Shown here piece after piece: positions 18,980 to 27,881 of a stretch of 56,364 nt of DNA. The DNA comes from Elusimicrobiota bacterium. GTDB lineage: Bacteria; Elusimicrobiota; Elusimicrobia; F11. A model generated the notes under the pieces. That model searched no databases and was not told the DNA's origin. It was given only the letters and a program-made list of their open reading frames with translations. The position numbers and the translations under genes are program-made. How positions within the stretch are numbered: position 1 is the first letter of the stretch; each line of letters opens with the position of its first letter. The stretch lies in the NCBI GenBank assembly GCA_046153645.1, contig JBJXGI010000061.1, positions 1 through 56,364 on the forward strand, in the 5' to 3' direction.

Positions 18980-20005
18980 TCACGACTGAAAAAGCGTTCC
19001 CATGTCGCTAACTGACTTTGGTGGTACTTTCCCAAAATGTTCATAAGCCAGCGCCGTGGCCACGCGCCCCCGCGGTGTGCGAGCCAAAAAACCCGCTTTA
19101 ATTAAAAAAGGTTCATACACATCTTCTACTGTTCCTGATTCCTCACTGACCGCCACAGCCACAGTATCTAAACCCACAGGCCCTCCAGAAAACTTTTCGA
19201 TAATGGCTTGTAAAATAAGTCGATCCATACGATCTAAACCAGCCGTATCAACTTCAAGAGAAGTAAGCGCTTCTCGCGCCACATCCAGCGTAATTTTTCC
19301 ATTTTGAATTTGAGCAAAATCTCTCAATCGCCGAAGCAAACGGTTTGCAATGCGTGGAGTGCCCCGTGAACGTTTCGAAATTTCAAGAGACGCATCCGCA
19401 TCAATTGAAATGTTTAAAATTTTGGCAGAACGCGTCACAATTCTTGAAAGGTCCGTTGGCTCATAAAATTCAAGATAAGAAACAATTCCAAAACGATCAC
19501 GAAGAGGACCTGTTAAAAGACCCGCGCGCGTGGTGGCGGCTACCAACGTAAATTTAGGAAGCGGAAGTTTAAGGGTTTTGGCTGATGGGCCTTGGCCGAC
19601 AACAATATCCAAACAAAAATCTTCGAGGGCAGGGTAAAGGGCTTCTTCAACAGCGCGGTTGAGCCTATGAATTTCATCAATAAAAAAAACGTCACCTTCA
19701 TTCAGACTCGTTAAAATAGCCGCCAAATCTCCCACTTTCGATAATACGGGGCCTGAGGTTTGCCGAAGGTTGACACCCATTTCGCGAGCGATAATGTTGG
19801 CCAACGTTGTTTTCCCAAGCCCGGGAGCCGCACAAAAAAGGGCGTGATCCAACGGTTCTTTTCTCTCTTTGGCCGCTTGCAGGAATACTTTCAAATTCTT
19901 CTTTAGTTTTTCTTGGCCAACAAATTGATCTAAATTTTGAGGGCGAAGGGTGGCCTCAAAATTTTCTTCTAATACGTTAGATTCAGTTCCAATGAGTGGG
20001 TTCAT
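18980..20005 (-). CDS. ruvB: Holliday junction helicase RuvB
   Basis: [26 protein letters not shown] and [12 protein letters not shown] motifs. Confidence 0.98.
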   Translation of the reverse strand: MNPLIGTESNVLEENFEATLRPQNLDQFVGQEKLKKNLKVFLQAAKERKEPLDHALFCAAPGLGKTTLANIIAREMGVNLRQTSGPVLSKVGDLAAILTSLNEGDVFFIDEIHRLNRAVEEALYPALEDFCLDIVVGQGPSAKTLKLPLPKFTLVAATTRAGLLTGPLRDRFGIVSYLEFYEPTDLSRIVTRSAKILNISIDADASLEISKRSRGTPRIANRLLRRLRDFAQIQNGKITLDVAREALTSLEVDTAGLDRMDRLILQAIIEKFSGGPVGLDTVAVAVSEESGTVEDVYEPFLIKAGFLARTPRGRVATALAYEHFGKVPPKSVSDMGTLFQS

Positions 20006-20007
20006 AC

Positions 20008-20640
20008 TTAAGACTTCTTCATTCCTAAATTCTTCAAAGCCTGCTTAATCAATGTTTCTGATTTTGCTTCATTTCCCAATTCTTTTACCGCCTGTGCCAA
20101 TAATTCTCTCGCTTCTTCGTTGGAATAACCCAAACTCATAAGCCCCAAAAGCGCCTCTGAGGATTGACTGGTTTGCTCTGTTTCTGGCCATTTCGGTTGA
20201 CCTGATATTCCCCATGAATCCACTTTTCCTTTAAGGGAAAAAATAAGTTTCTCGGCGGTTTTTTTAGTGAAGCCAAAAACGGAAACCAGAAGTTTTGAGT
20301 CTTCATCAATAAGAGCGCGTTTAAAATCAGGAAGTGACTTACTAATTTTATCTAAACACTCTAAAGCTTTTTTAGGGCCCATGCCATCTACATTTTCACG
20401 AAGACGCGTAAACAAATCTTTCTCTTCTTTGCTTAAAAAACCATACAACGTTGTAGCCCCATCAAAAGCTGTCACTGATTCACAAACGTAAACCAATACC
20501 ACCTCACCCACAGAAAATTTAAATTGAGATCCCATGGTGAGCAAGAGCTCGTAACCCACGCCTCCCACATCAATCACCGTTTTCAAAAAATCTTTATCGA
20601 TGTATTGTTCAGTTACTTTACCTTTAATATGCGCAATCAT
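20008..20640 (-). CDS. ruvA: Holliday junction protein RuvA
   Basis: MIAHIKG, GGVGYE, LYGF and GMGPKKA motifs; C-terminal LMSLGY. Confidence 0.95.
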   Translation of the reverse strand: MIAHIKGKVTEQYIDKDFLKTVIDVGGVGYELLLTMGSQFKFSVGEVVLVYVCESVTAFDGATTLYGFLSKEEKDLFTRLRENVDGMGPKKALECLDKISKSLPDFKRALIDEDSKLLVSVFGFTKKTAEKLIFSLKGKVDSWGISGQPKWPETEQTSQSSEALLGLMSLGYSNEEARELLAQAVKELGNEAKSETLIKQALKNLGMKKS

Positions 20641-21134
20641 ATGGTGGCCGATACCTTGGTGTTTACCCTAGAAAATTGTAAATGGCATAACCCCACCGCC
20701 ACCGCATCAGCGGCATCGTCGGGTTGAGGAATTGATTTCAGATTGAGCATTCGTTGAACCATGAGTTGCATTTGCCTTTTTTCCGCGGCCCCCGAACCAG
20801 TAAGGGCCATTTTAATTTGTTTGGGGGCATATTCTTGAACCTCGCATTTATACTGACCCGCCAAAAGTAAAATAACACCCCTCGCATGTCCGACCAATGC
20901 CAATGTTTTTGCGTTTTTAACAAAGAACAACGTTTCAAGCGCAATAACATCGGGGCGATGTTCCTCAAGCAATTCTTTGAGATCGTTATAGATAATACAA
21001 AGTCGTTCTGTTAAAGGGGTGTGAGCCGCTGATTCTAAAACACCAAAATCTAAACATTGAATTCGATTGCCGTTTTTTTCAAGGATACTCCATCCCAAAA
21101 TGGCAATACCAGGGTCAATGCCCAATACCTTCAT
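20637..21134 (-). CDS. ruvC: Crossover junction endodeoxyribonuclease RuvC
   Basis: LGIDPG, ALE, ARGV and PDDAADAVAV motifs. Confidence 0.97.
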   Translation of the reverse strand: MKVLGIDPGIAILGWSILEKNGNRIQCLDFGVLESAAHTPLTERLCIIYNDLKELLEEHRPDVIALETLFFVKNAKTLALVGHARGVILLLAGQYKCEVQEYAPKQIKMALTGSGAAEKRQMQLMVQRMLNLKSIPQPDDAADAVAVGLCHLQFSRVNTKVSATI

Positions 21135-21137
21135 GCG

Positions 21138-21887
21138 TTAGCTAGACACCTTTTCAATAATTTCAGGGGCAATATCAAAATTGGCATTGGCCGTTTTAAC
21201 GTCGTCATGATCTTCAAGCGCGTTCATGAGTTTTAAACAACGAAGCGCGTCGTCCCCTTCCAAGGGCACAGTATTTTTAGGAATCAATGACAATTCGGCA
21301 CTCGCCAATGTAAATTTATTTTCAATGAGTTTTGCTTTGATTAAATCAAAATCATGGGGGGCCGTATAAATTTCAAACACGTCAGAGTCTGATTTAATAT
21401 CTTCGGCGCCCAACTCAATAGCCATATTGGTCATTTTTTCTTCATCAACGCCTTTTTTATCAATGGTAATAAAACCTTTCGATTCAAAAATCCAAGATAC
21501 GCTGCCCGATTCGCCCATATTTCCGCCATGTTCAGAAAACATGTGTCTCATTTCAGCGGTCGTACGGTTTTTGTTATCAGTCGTGGCTTCAATAAAGACC
21601 GCCACGCCACCCGGACCGTACCCTTCGTAGGTTGTTTCTACATATTCAGCCCCAGGAAGTTCGCCCGTTCCTTTTTGAATGCCACGCTTAATATTGTCAG
21701 AAGGCATGTTGGCCGCTTTAGCCGCTTCCACCGCCGCACGCAGACGCGGGTTGCTTTCAAGTTTACCGCCGCCATGTTTCGCGGCAATTGTCACTTCGCG
21801 AATAAGACGCGTAAAAACTTTTCCTCTTTTAGAATCAATAATGGCTTTTTTGTGTTTAATTCCAGCCCAACGAGAATGACCTGACAT
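21138..21887 (-). CDS. yebC: YebC/PmpR family protein
   Basis: MSGHSRWAGIKHKK, YEGYGPGG and TDNKNRT motifs. Confidence 0.97.
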   Translation of the reverse strand: MSGHSRWAGIKHKKAIIDSKRGKVFTRLIREVTIAAKHGGGKLESNPRLRAAVEAAKAANMPSDNIKRGIQKGTGELPGAEYVETTYEGYGPGGVAVFIEATTDNKNRTTAEMRHMFSEHGGNMGESGSVSWIFESKGFITIDKKGVDEEKMTNMAIELGAEDIKSDSDVFEIYTAPHDFDLIKAKLIENKFTLASAELSLIPKNTVPLEGDDALRCLKLMNALEDHDDVKTANANFDIAPEIIEKVSS

Positions 21888-21983
21888 GTTGTGAGACTCC
21901 TTAAAAATTTTAACGACGAAGAATAGGGTGTATATTACAAAAGAAGAGAAGGATTTATAGAAAGGATTTTTTCTGGTTTTTGC

Positions 21984-22026
21984 TTGATACCATAGTCGTC
22001 ATTTGGCATGATAAATGACGACTATG
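21984..22026 (+). promoter_or_regulatory. Promoter with a perfect 14-bp inverted-repeat operator
   Basis: TTGATA, 17 bp, then CATGAT (preceded by TG). Arms are CATAGTCGTCATTT and AAATGACGACTATG. Confidence 0.7.
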
Positions 22027-23154
22027 ACAACGCATAACATTTCTCGAACCCTAGACTTAGCTAAACTTCTGAAAAAGAAATCATATTTTTTGCTGGGACC
22101 CCGCCAAACAGGGAAAAGTTTCTTGATCAAACAATCTTTTGGTTCAACGTTAACTTATAATTTACTCGATACCACAACCTATCTCAATTTAGCGCAAAAC
22201 CCCAAACGATTAGAGCAAGAAATAACTGCGAAAACAAAACACATTATTATTGATGAAATTCAACGACTTCCACAACTTTTAAATGAAGTTCACCTCCTGA
22301 TTGAAGAACACGGAATACATTTTTTGCTGACAGGGTCGAGCGCCAGAAAACTGCGTAAAGGAGGAGTTAACCTGTTGGGAGGACGGGCACGAACCAAATA
22401 TCTCCATCCGTTCACCTATAAAGAACTTAAACATCATTTCAATCTTCAGAGAGCTCTTCATAACGGGTTGATTCCCTCAATTTATTTTTCTGATGACCCC
22501 GACGCTGATTTAGTTGCTTACAATGGAACTTACCTAAAGGAAGAAATTATTGCTGAAGGTGTAACGCGCAACATCCCGGCCTTTAGTCGGTTTTTACAAG
22601 TCGCTTCTTACTGTAATGGAAGTGTAATGAATTTCACTAATATCGCGAGTGACGCTCAAGTACCGCGAACAACGGTGTACGAGTATTTTGATATTTTGAA
22701 AGACACCCTCATCATGAAGGAACTTCCCGCTTGGGATAAATCAATTAAACGTAAGCCCCTGGTTTCTTCCAAATATTATTTTTTTGATGTTGGTGTGGTA
22801 AGGTCACTTCAAAAGCGAATTTACAATGCAGGAACACCTGAGTTTGGAGAGGCTTTTGAAACTTACCTATTTCATGAGTTAAGTTCATATGTTGATTATC
22901 AATCTCAAGAGACACTCAGTTTTTGGCGTTCAAGCTCAGGTTTTGAAGTAGATTTCATATTAGGGGATCATACCGCTATTGAAGTAAAAGCAAAGAAAAA
23001 CGTGTCAGAAGCAGATCTCAAAGGATTACGCGCTATTTCAGAAGAAAAAAAATTTAAAAAATATTTCTGTGTTTCGCTAGAGAGTCGCCCCAGAAAAGTT
23101 GGCAATATTGATATCCTACCCTATCAGAGTTTTTTAGATGAGTTGTATGGGTAG
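22015..23154 (+). CDS. AAA_14 ATPase + DUF4143 (wHTH/PD-(D/E)xK-like) protein; start may be 22024
   Basis: GPRQTGKS, IIDEIQ, LTGSS, KYYFFDVG and FWR..EVDF..AIEVK motifs. Confidence 0.92.
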   Translation: MTTMTTHNISRTLDLAKLLKKKSYFLLGPRQTGKSFLIKQSFGSTLTYNLLDTTTYLNLAQNPKRLEQEITAKTKHIIIDEIQRLPQLLNEVHLLIEEHGIHFLLTGSSARKLRKGGVNLLGGRARTKYLHPFTYKELKHHFNLQRALHNGLIPSIYFSDDPDADLVAYNGTYLKEEIIAEGVTRNIPAFSRFLQVASYCNGSVMNFTNIASDAQVPRTTVYEYFDILKDTLIMKELPAWDKSIKRKPLVSSKYYFFDVGVVRSLQKRIYNAGTPEFGEAFETYLFHELSSYVDYQSQETLSFWRSSSGFEVDFILGDHTAIEVKAKKNVSEADLKGLRAISEEKKFKKYFCVSLESRPRKVGNIDILPYQSFLDELYG

Positions 23155-23286
23155 GTTTTAGAAATTAAATGCGGCTAATATTCAAATGATGGAAGAGAAG
23201 GATTTATATTGAATATCCTGTAAGATTGTTTCAAACTTCAGCTATGTCAAAATTGAAGCAGAATATCTGTTACATGGAGCAAGTGA

Positions 23287-23733
23287 ATGACTAAGGTCTA
23301 TAAACCGAGACTTATCGCATTGCTTCCCATGGTGGTTATGTTCCTTAGTTTTATTGGTTGGGTGTCGTATAAAGTCGCTTCGTCTGGGCCTGTTTCATTC
23401 ACAAAAATGTTTCTATTCCTTATTTTCGGCTTAGGTTGGCCAATAATCATTAAAATCATTTGGGTAGTTAAAAAGCTGCCAATTGAACTAACCGATTCAG
23501 CAATCACTGGCCCAGAACTACATTCAAAGAAAATCGGTTCTCGCCTCTCAATCCCTCTCCATAACGTTGACAAGAATGCCCTGCAAAAAAGGGATCTGGT
23601 CGGGAAGATTTACTGGTTCATTGAGTTGAAGGATGTCGAGTCAAAGCGGTCGTTGAAATTAGACACGTTCTACTTGGGCAAGCACCAAATTAACGAGATT
23701 CTAAAAGGAGTCGGTGCTGTTGGCTCCATATAA
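23287..23733 (+). CDS. Hypothetical membrane protein
   Basis: Two N-terminal TM segments followed by a soluble tail; GGAG upstream. Confidence 0.6.
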   Translation: MTKVYKPRLIALLPMVVMFLSFIGWVSYKVASSGPVSFTKMFLFLIFGLGWPIIIKIIWVVKKLPIELTDSAITGPELHSKKIGSRLSIPLHNVDKNALQKRDLVGKIYWFIELKDVESKRSLKLDTFYLGKHQINEILKGVGAVGSI

Positions 23734-23997
23734 CCAATCGTCAGACTATGGAAAAACTCCCAAAAAAACAGAAAACAGTATCGGTTCTTAAGGTGCCACC
23801 TTTTAAAAATGTCCACCTGCCCGCCTCCCGACGGGCGAGTGAACGCCTTTCAACAAGGAAAAACCCATTAATACCCCACCTAACCTCCCCAATGAAAAAA
23901 CTTGGGGAGGAATTTTATTCAGAAAAAAATATCTTCGTAAAAATTCATTTTTCGAATATAATTTCGTTCTCCCCCTCCAATAAATTAGGAGGCCATT

Positions 23998-24183
23998 ATG
24001 CGCCGTTTGAGGTCTATGTTGAACAAAAAAGAAAAAAAATTGGGAGTTTATCTCTCTTACACGAAATACCGTCAACTCATGGAAGATCTACATGATTTAA
24101 AAATAGTTGCTGAACGCCGGAATGAAAAACCCATTTCCCTTCGAACATTAAAAAATCGATTAAGGAAAAAGGGTGCCCTTTGA
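23998..24183 (+). CDS. Type II antitoxin
   Basis: AGGAGG RBS, EDLHDL..VAERRNE motif, and overlap with the toxin gene. Confidence 0.7.
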   Translation: MRRLRSMLNKKEKKLGVYLSYTKYRQLMEDLHDLKIVAERRNEKPISLRTLKNRLRKKGAL

Positions 24184-24436
24184 AGTTATTTTCAAGCCCT
24201 CCATTGAAAAAGATCTAAAGTTTATCCCCAAACAACAAATCCACCTTATCCTCAATAAAATTGAGTTATTAAAAACAAATTCCTTCCCATATAATTCATT
24301 GAAATTATCCGGGACTCGTGCCCTCTATCGAATTCGAATAGGAGATTACCGCTCTATTTATAGTGTTGATCACAATTTAATGCGGATTATAATTCACTAT
24401 ATTCAACATAGGCGTGATGTTTATCGGTCAATATAA
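24173..24436 (+). CDS. RelE/ParE family toxin
   Basis: 87 aa with KLSG..LYRIRIGDYR and HRRDVY motifs; GTG start. Confidence 0.88.
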   Translation: MPFEVIFKPSIEKDLKFIPKQQIHLILNKIELLKTNSFPYNSLKLSGTRALYRIRIGDYRSIYSVDHNLMRIIIHYIQHRRDVYRSI

Positions 24437-24661
24437 GGAAAAACCCATTAATACCCCACCTAGCCTCCCCAATGAAAAAACTTGGGGAGGAATTATTGCC
24501 AAAATAATCTCTCAAGCTAAATTTAAACTGTGCTATTATTACTGTGAAACTTCTCATTTATTTGAAACCTTGTGAGAAGAGAAATCTCAAATCGCGCATG
24601 GTTTATTTATATAGCTAATTAACAACCAACATTAATTCCGCTTTAAAACTGAAAAAGAGTT

Positions 24662-24700
24662 TTGTATTGAGAAATCTAAAGTAATAGTTTAGAATTCTCA
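24662..24700 (+). promoter_or_regulatory. Promoter with a 13-bp inverted repeat
   Basis: TTGTAT, 17 bp, then TAGTTT. Arms are TGAGAAATCTAAA and TTTAGAATTCTCA (12/13). Confidence 0.55.
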
Positions 24701-24701
24701 T

Positions 24702-24800
24702 ATGCATTTTACACACCGACTTATTGAGAAATCTCTTCAAAAGGCATTAAAATAATTTCCCGCTGTTATACTCACAGGTCTCAGATGATCAGGAAAAACT
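24702..24800 (+). pseudogene. N-terminal remnant of an AAA_14/DUF4143 ATPase
   Basis: Translates MHFTHRLIEKSLQKALK*FPAVILTGLR*SGKT, a degenerate Walker A with two stops. Confidence 0.75.
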
Positions 24801-25391
24801 ATGCTTAACCGAAATACTTTTTTCATTCGAGAACAAATTGAATTTCTTAAACTGAAGGGCACCTATGAGATCTTGGACCCTGAAACAAAAACTCTCATCG
24901 GCGTAGCAAAAGAAAAACCCAGCATTATAATCCAACTATTAAAATTTCTTGTTGATAAACGCTTTTTACCCACCAAGATTTTTATCTATGAAACAAACTC
25001 TCTTGAAGATGAAAGTAAACTTCTTTTTTCTATGCAAAAAGGCATAACCCTGCTAAACGCAAAAGTTCAAATTCTCGACAAGACTGGGAATGTTATTGGT
25101 TGGCTTCAAAGTAAATTTTTTTCTTTGGGAGGTGCTTTCAGAGTTTTTGACTCATTTGGAACAGAAACGTATCTGGTCAAAGGCGATTGGAAAGGATGGA
25201 ATTTTAAATTTCAAGACATGAATCAAAACGAAGTGGGAACCATCACAAAAAAATGGGCAGGTGCTGGAAAAGAGTTATTTACATCAGCTGATAATTACAT
25301 CATTTCTCTCAACCAAACCTCAGATTCTAAAAAAACAATCCTTTTACTTGCCGCGGGTTTAGCTGTTGATATCGTTTATAAAGAAAAATAA
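24801..25391 (+). CDS. Scramblase/LURP-one (Tubby-like) family protein
   Basis: YEILDPET, VKGDWKGWNF, ITKKWAG.GKELFTSADNY and LLAA..AVD motifs. Confidence 0.8.
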   Translation: MLNRNTFFIREQIEFLKLKGTYEILDPETKTLIGVAKEKPSIIIQLLKFLVDKRFLPTKIFIYETNSLEDESKLLFSMQKGITLLNAKVQILDKTGNVIGWLQSKFFSLGGAFRVFDSFGTETYLVKGDWKGWNFKFQDMNQNEVGTITKKWAGAGKELFTSADNYIISLNQTSDSKKTILLLAAGLAVDIVYKEK

Positions 25392-25410
25392 TTTAGGTGA
25401 AGTAAATTAA

Positions 25411-26409
25411 TTACAATCCACGAAACAAAGCAGGTTTTTCTGGAAGCGGTTCATTAGTTTGAGTAAAAGCGCCGCCAAATCGATACAGAAGACTAACCCG
25501 ATGATTATTATCAAGGGATCCAACAAAAGTAATTCCGTAATCAAGCGTAAGTGGCCCAAAACCAAATCCAACTCCAACGGCAGCAGATTTTAAACTACCA
25601 ACATATCCCCCTCTTAAACTAGCGCCACTTAAATAGGGTGAATCTAAAAATGTTCGTTTAATTTCAATCCCCATATTTATTGAACCATCTTCAAAACGGG
25701 GTTTTAAGGCATCGGCTAAAATGAGGTATCTGTTTTGAAAAACTTCAGGTAATTTATGGCTCTCATGAAGGTCTAATAATAACCTGGTCCCAACTCGTTG
25801 TGTTGTGGGCAATTTATCTTTGGCTTGATCATATTTAATATCAGCCCCTACATTTTGAAAAGCATAACCAAAACTCAAAAATTTCCAAGGTGTTTGCCAC
25901 TGCGCGCCTAAATCGGTTGCAAAGCCCGAGGCTGAAACAGTTTCGGCCAATTCAGATTTAAATACCTTGGCATTAACACCCAACGAAACAGGCCATGATC
26001 TCCCTAGAGCCAAACCTATCCCCGCAACCGTATCTTGCTGAGCCCGACGCGTTCCTTGTGTTCCATCCGATAAATTCAAATTAATGGTGCCAGCATCTAA
26101 ATGACTCATTAATGCGGAAATGGCGCCAAACCGAGTGGGGACTCCAAAAGCCACAAAACCAAAATTATCTTCTGCCACGCCACGGTTATAAGTCATATCA
26201 AGTGTTTTAAAGTTAAGTTGTGATAATCCAGCGGGATTGATCCCGAGAGCATCAATTTCTCCTTGATCAGCCACCTGAGCTTGACCAACAGCCGCAGTCC
26301 TTCCACCAAAAGAACGATTCAAAACATTTAAAGCTGTTCTACCAGATTCTCCAAAAGTAACCGTGGGTGATAATAGAGAAATTAAAAATAAAACTCGAAG
26401 AGTTTTCAT
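25411..26409 (-). CDS. PorV/PorQ-like (UPF0164) outer-membrane beta-barrel
   Basis: Signal peptide, G.R..A.G.A...A...NPAGL, D.G.Q and DYG...HRVSL patterns. Confidence 0.8.
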   Translation of the reverse strand: MKTLRVLFLISLLSPTVTFGESGRTALNVLNRSFGGRTAAVGQAQVADQGEIDALGINPAGLSQLNFKTLDMTYNRGVAEDNFGFVAFGVPTRFGAISALMSHLDAGTINLNLSDGTQGTRRAQQDTVAGIGLALGRSWPVSLGVNAKVFKSELAETVSASGFATDLGAQWQTPWKFLSFGYAFQNVGADIKYDQAKDKLPTTQRVGTRLLLDLHESHKLPEVFQNRYLILADALKPRFEDGSINMGIEIKRTFLDSPYLSGASLRGGYVGSLKSAAVGVGFGFGPLTLDYGITFVGSLDNNHRVSLLYRFGGAFTQTNEPLPEKPALFRGL

Positions 26410-27869
26410 CGGACCACCACTATTTTTTCGACCTTATTTAATTTAGGGCCCACAATTTCTAATAAATAAGTTCCACTGGCCACAGTATTTCCTTGGGCGG
26501 TTTTTCCGTCCCACGTATAATTTGTCGTTCCAATCGGAGCGTCACCTTCAAAGATGGTGTTAATTAATTTTCCATCAAGCGTAAAAAGTGAAAGACGTAC
26601 CTGGCCCGCTTCAAAAATTTGAACCGTTATGGTTGTCTGCGAAACATTTTTTAACCGAAGCAAATTATCCAAAAACGATACTTGACCAGGAAGGAAAGTA
26701 ATAGTCAGCGCATTAGAAACTGTCGAAGATTTCCCATCTGGATTGGTGAGCACAAGGTTCCAATTTCCCAGTTCTTTTGAATTGGTATCAAACGTCGCTG
26801 TAAGAGATTGGTCTGAATTACGAACAACAGAAGTTCCGGTAATATCTGTTTGCCCTGATTTGCTTAACACAACGGTAGGGGTCGAAGCAAATATTTCTCC
26901 TGAGATAGTAAAACTTCCGCTGGGATCTGTTCTGACAACGGAAGAAGGAGATAACCCTTGCGCGTCGGGGCTCGATGTCATGGCCGTATACATATGGGTA
27001 TTGGTACTTGTAATAATTCGAAAGCCAAAAAGAGCTCGATAACGAAAAGTTTCAGTATCTCTAAAAACAACCAACGATTCCAAAGAACCCGTTAACGAGC
27101 TTGTTGAAAAACGCGTGTTTGATTCAGAAGAAAAGGAGGTTCCATTGGAGTCTGTGGACAAAGCGCTCACCACCACTGAGGCAGTGGTTTCCGAAGTTAA
27201 GGGTTGGGTGTAAAAAAGTCTTACGCGTTGATCTGTCCTGGTCGATAGTGCCAATTCAATTGCATTTTGAGAGTGAACAATGGAAACCGCTCCCCAAGTG
27301 GCCCCTTCATCACTGGATAAACTGGTATAAATCGTTCGATCGGTCAGATCGTTTCCTGTATTCATATCCTTAATATAATATAAACGCCAATTCCCGTTTG
27401 AGAGTAAATTAAGTCGAGGTGAACCAAGATACGCGGTTGACCCTGCAATTCTTTCCCCCACTTCATTTCCCCAGCTTAAACCATCAGAAGAAGTTGCGCT
27501 AAAAATAGCCCAAGTGCTTGAACTGGTAAAAGCGGAATAAAGCATACGGTAACCACCTCCCGCCAAAGGAAGAAGAGTACAACCGGTAAAAGTCGAAACC
27601 CCCAATAAAGGAAGTGTGGCCGTCGAAACGTTGGGAACAGCACGCTCACCCCAAGTGACCCCATCAGTGCTTGTAGCAGATTTAATTTGAAAGTTATCTC
27701 GAATAAAATAAAGTCTCTTAGGACTGGTAGATATATCAACAACCTGAGGAAGTGCCGATGACAATAGAATGGTTTGCGAAGATGAGAAATTGGGTGTTGC
27801 CTGAATACTTATAGACACCAAAGAAAAAAAACTTAAAAAAAAGAAAAATTTAAAGCGCATAGATATCAT
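26406..27869 (-). CDS. Secreted Asp-box beta-propeller + IPT/TIG + FlgD-Ig C-terminal domain protein
   Basis: Repeated S.DG.TW, LVLTNPDG, and a C-terminal WDGKTAQGNTVASGTY..KIVVVR. Confidence 0.8.
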   Translation of the reverse strand: MISMRFKFFFFLSFFSLVSISIQATPNFSSSQTILLSSALPQVVDISTSPKRLYFIRDNFQIKSATSTDGVTWGERAVPNVSTATLPLLGVSTFTGCTLLPLAGGGYRMLYSAFTSSSTWAIFSATSSDGLSWGNEVGERIAGSTAYLGSPRLNLLSNGNWRLYYIKDMNTGNDLTDRTIYTSLSSDEGATWGAVSIVHSQNAIELALSTRTDQRVRLFYTQPLTSETTASVVVSALSTDSNGTSFSSESNTRFSTSSLTGSLESLVVFRDTETFRYRALFGFRIITSTNTHMYTAMTSSPDAQGLSPSSVVRTDPSGSFTISGEIFASTPTVVLSKSGQTDITGTSVVRNSDQSLTATFDTNSKELGNWNLVLTNPDGKSSTVSNALTITFLPGQVSFLDNLLRLKNVSQTTITVQIFEAGQVRLSLFTLDGKLINTIFEGDAPIGTTNYTWDGKTAQGNTVASGTYLLEIVGPKLNKVEKIVVVR

Positions 27870-27881
27870 GTTAACTCATTT

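Larger units (their letters stand above)
21943..23208 (+). repeat. 17-bp direct repeat GAAGAGAAGGATTTATA flanking the AAA gene
   Basis: Identical copies at 21943-21959 and 23192-23208. Confidence 0.75.
23855..24494 (+). repeat. 60-bp direct repeat flanking a TA pair
   Basis: 23855-23914 and 24435-24494, one mismatch, each with an internal hairpin. Confidence 0.9.

Noticed and set aside
23748..24095. 115-aa plus-strand ORF
   Set aside because: It runs through two palindromic repeats and overlaps the antitoxin, which has a strong RBS; probably spurious.
23855..24494. CRISPR array or integron attC sites
   Set aside because: Only two 60-bp copies 580 bp apart, no RYYYAAC/GTTRRRY ends, and no cas or intI.
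24702..24800. Stop-codon recoding (TGA read-through)
   Set aside because: A TAA is also in frame and other genes terminate at TGA, so pseudogene decay is simpler.
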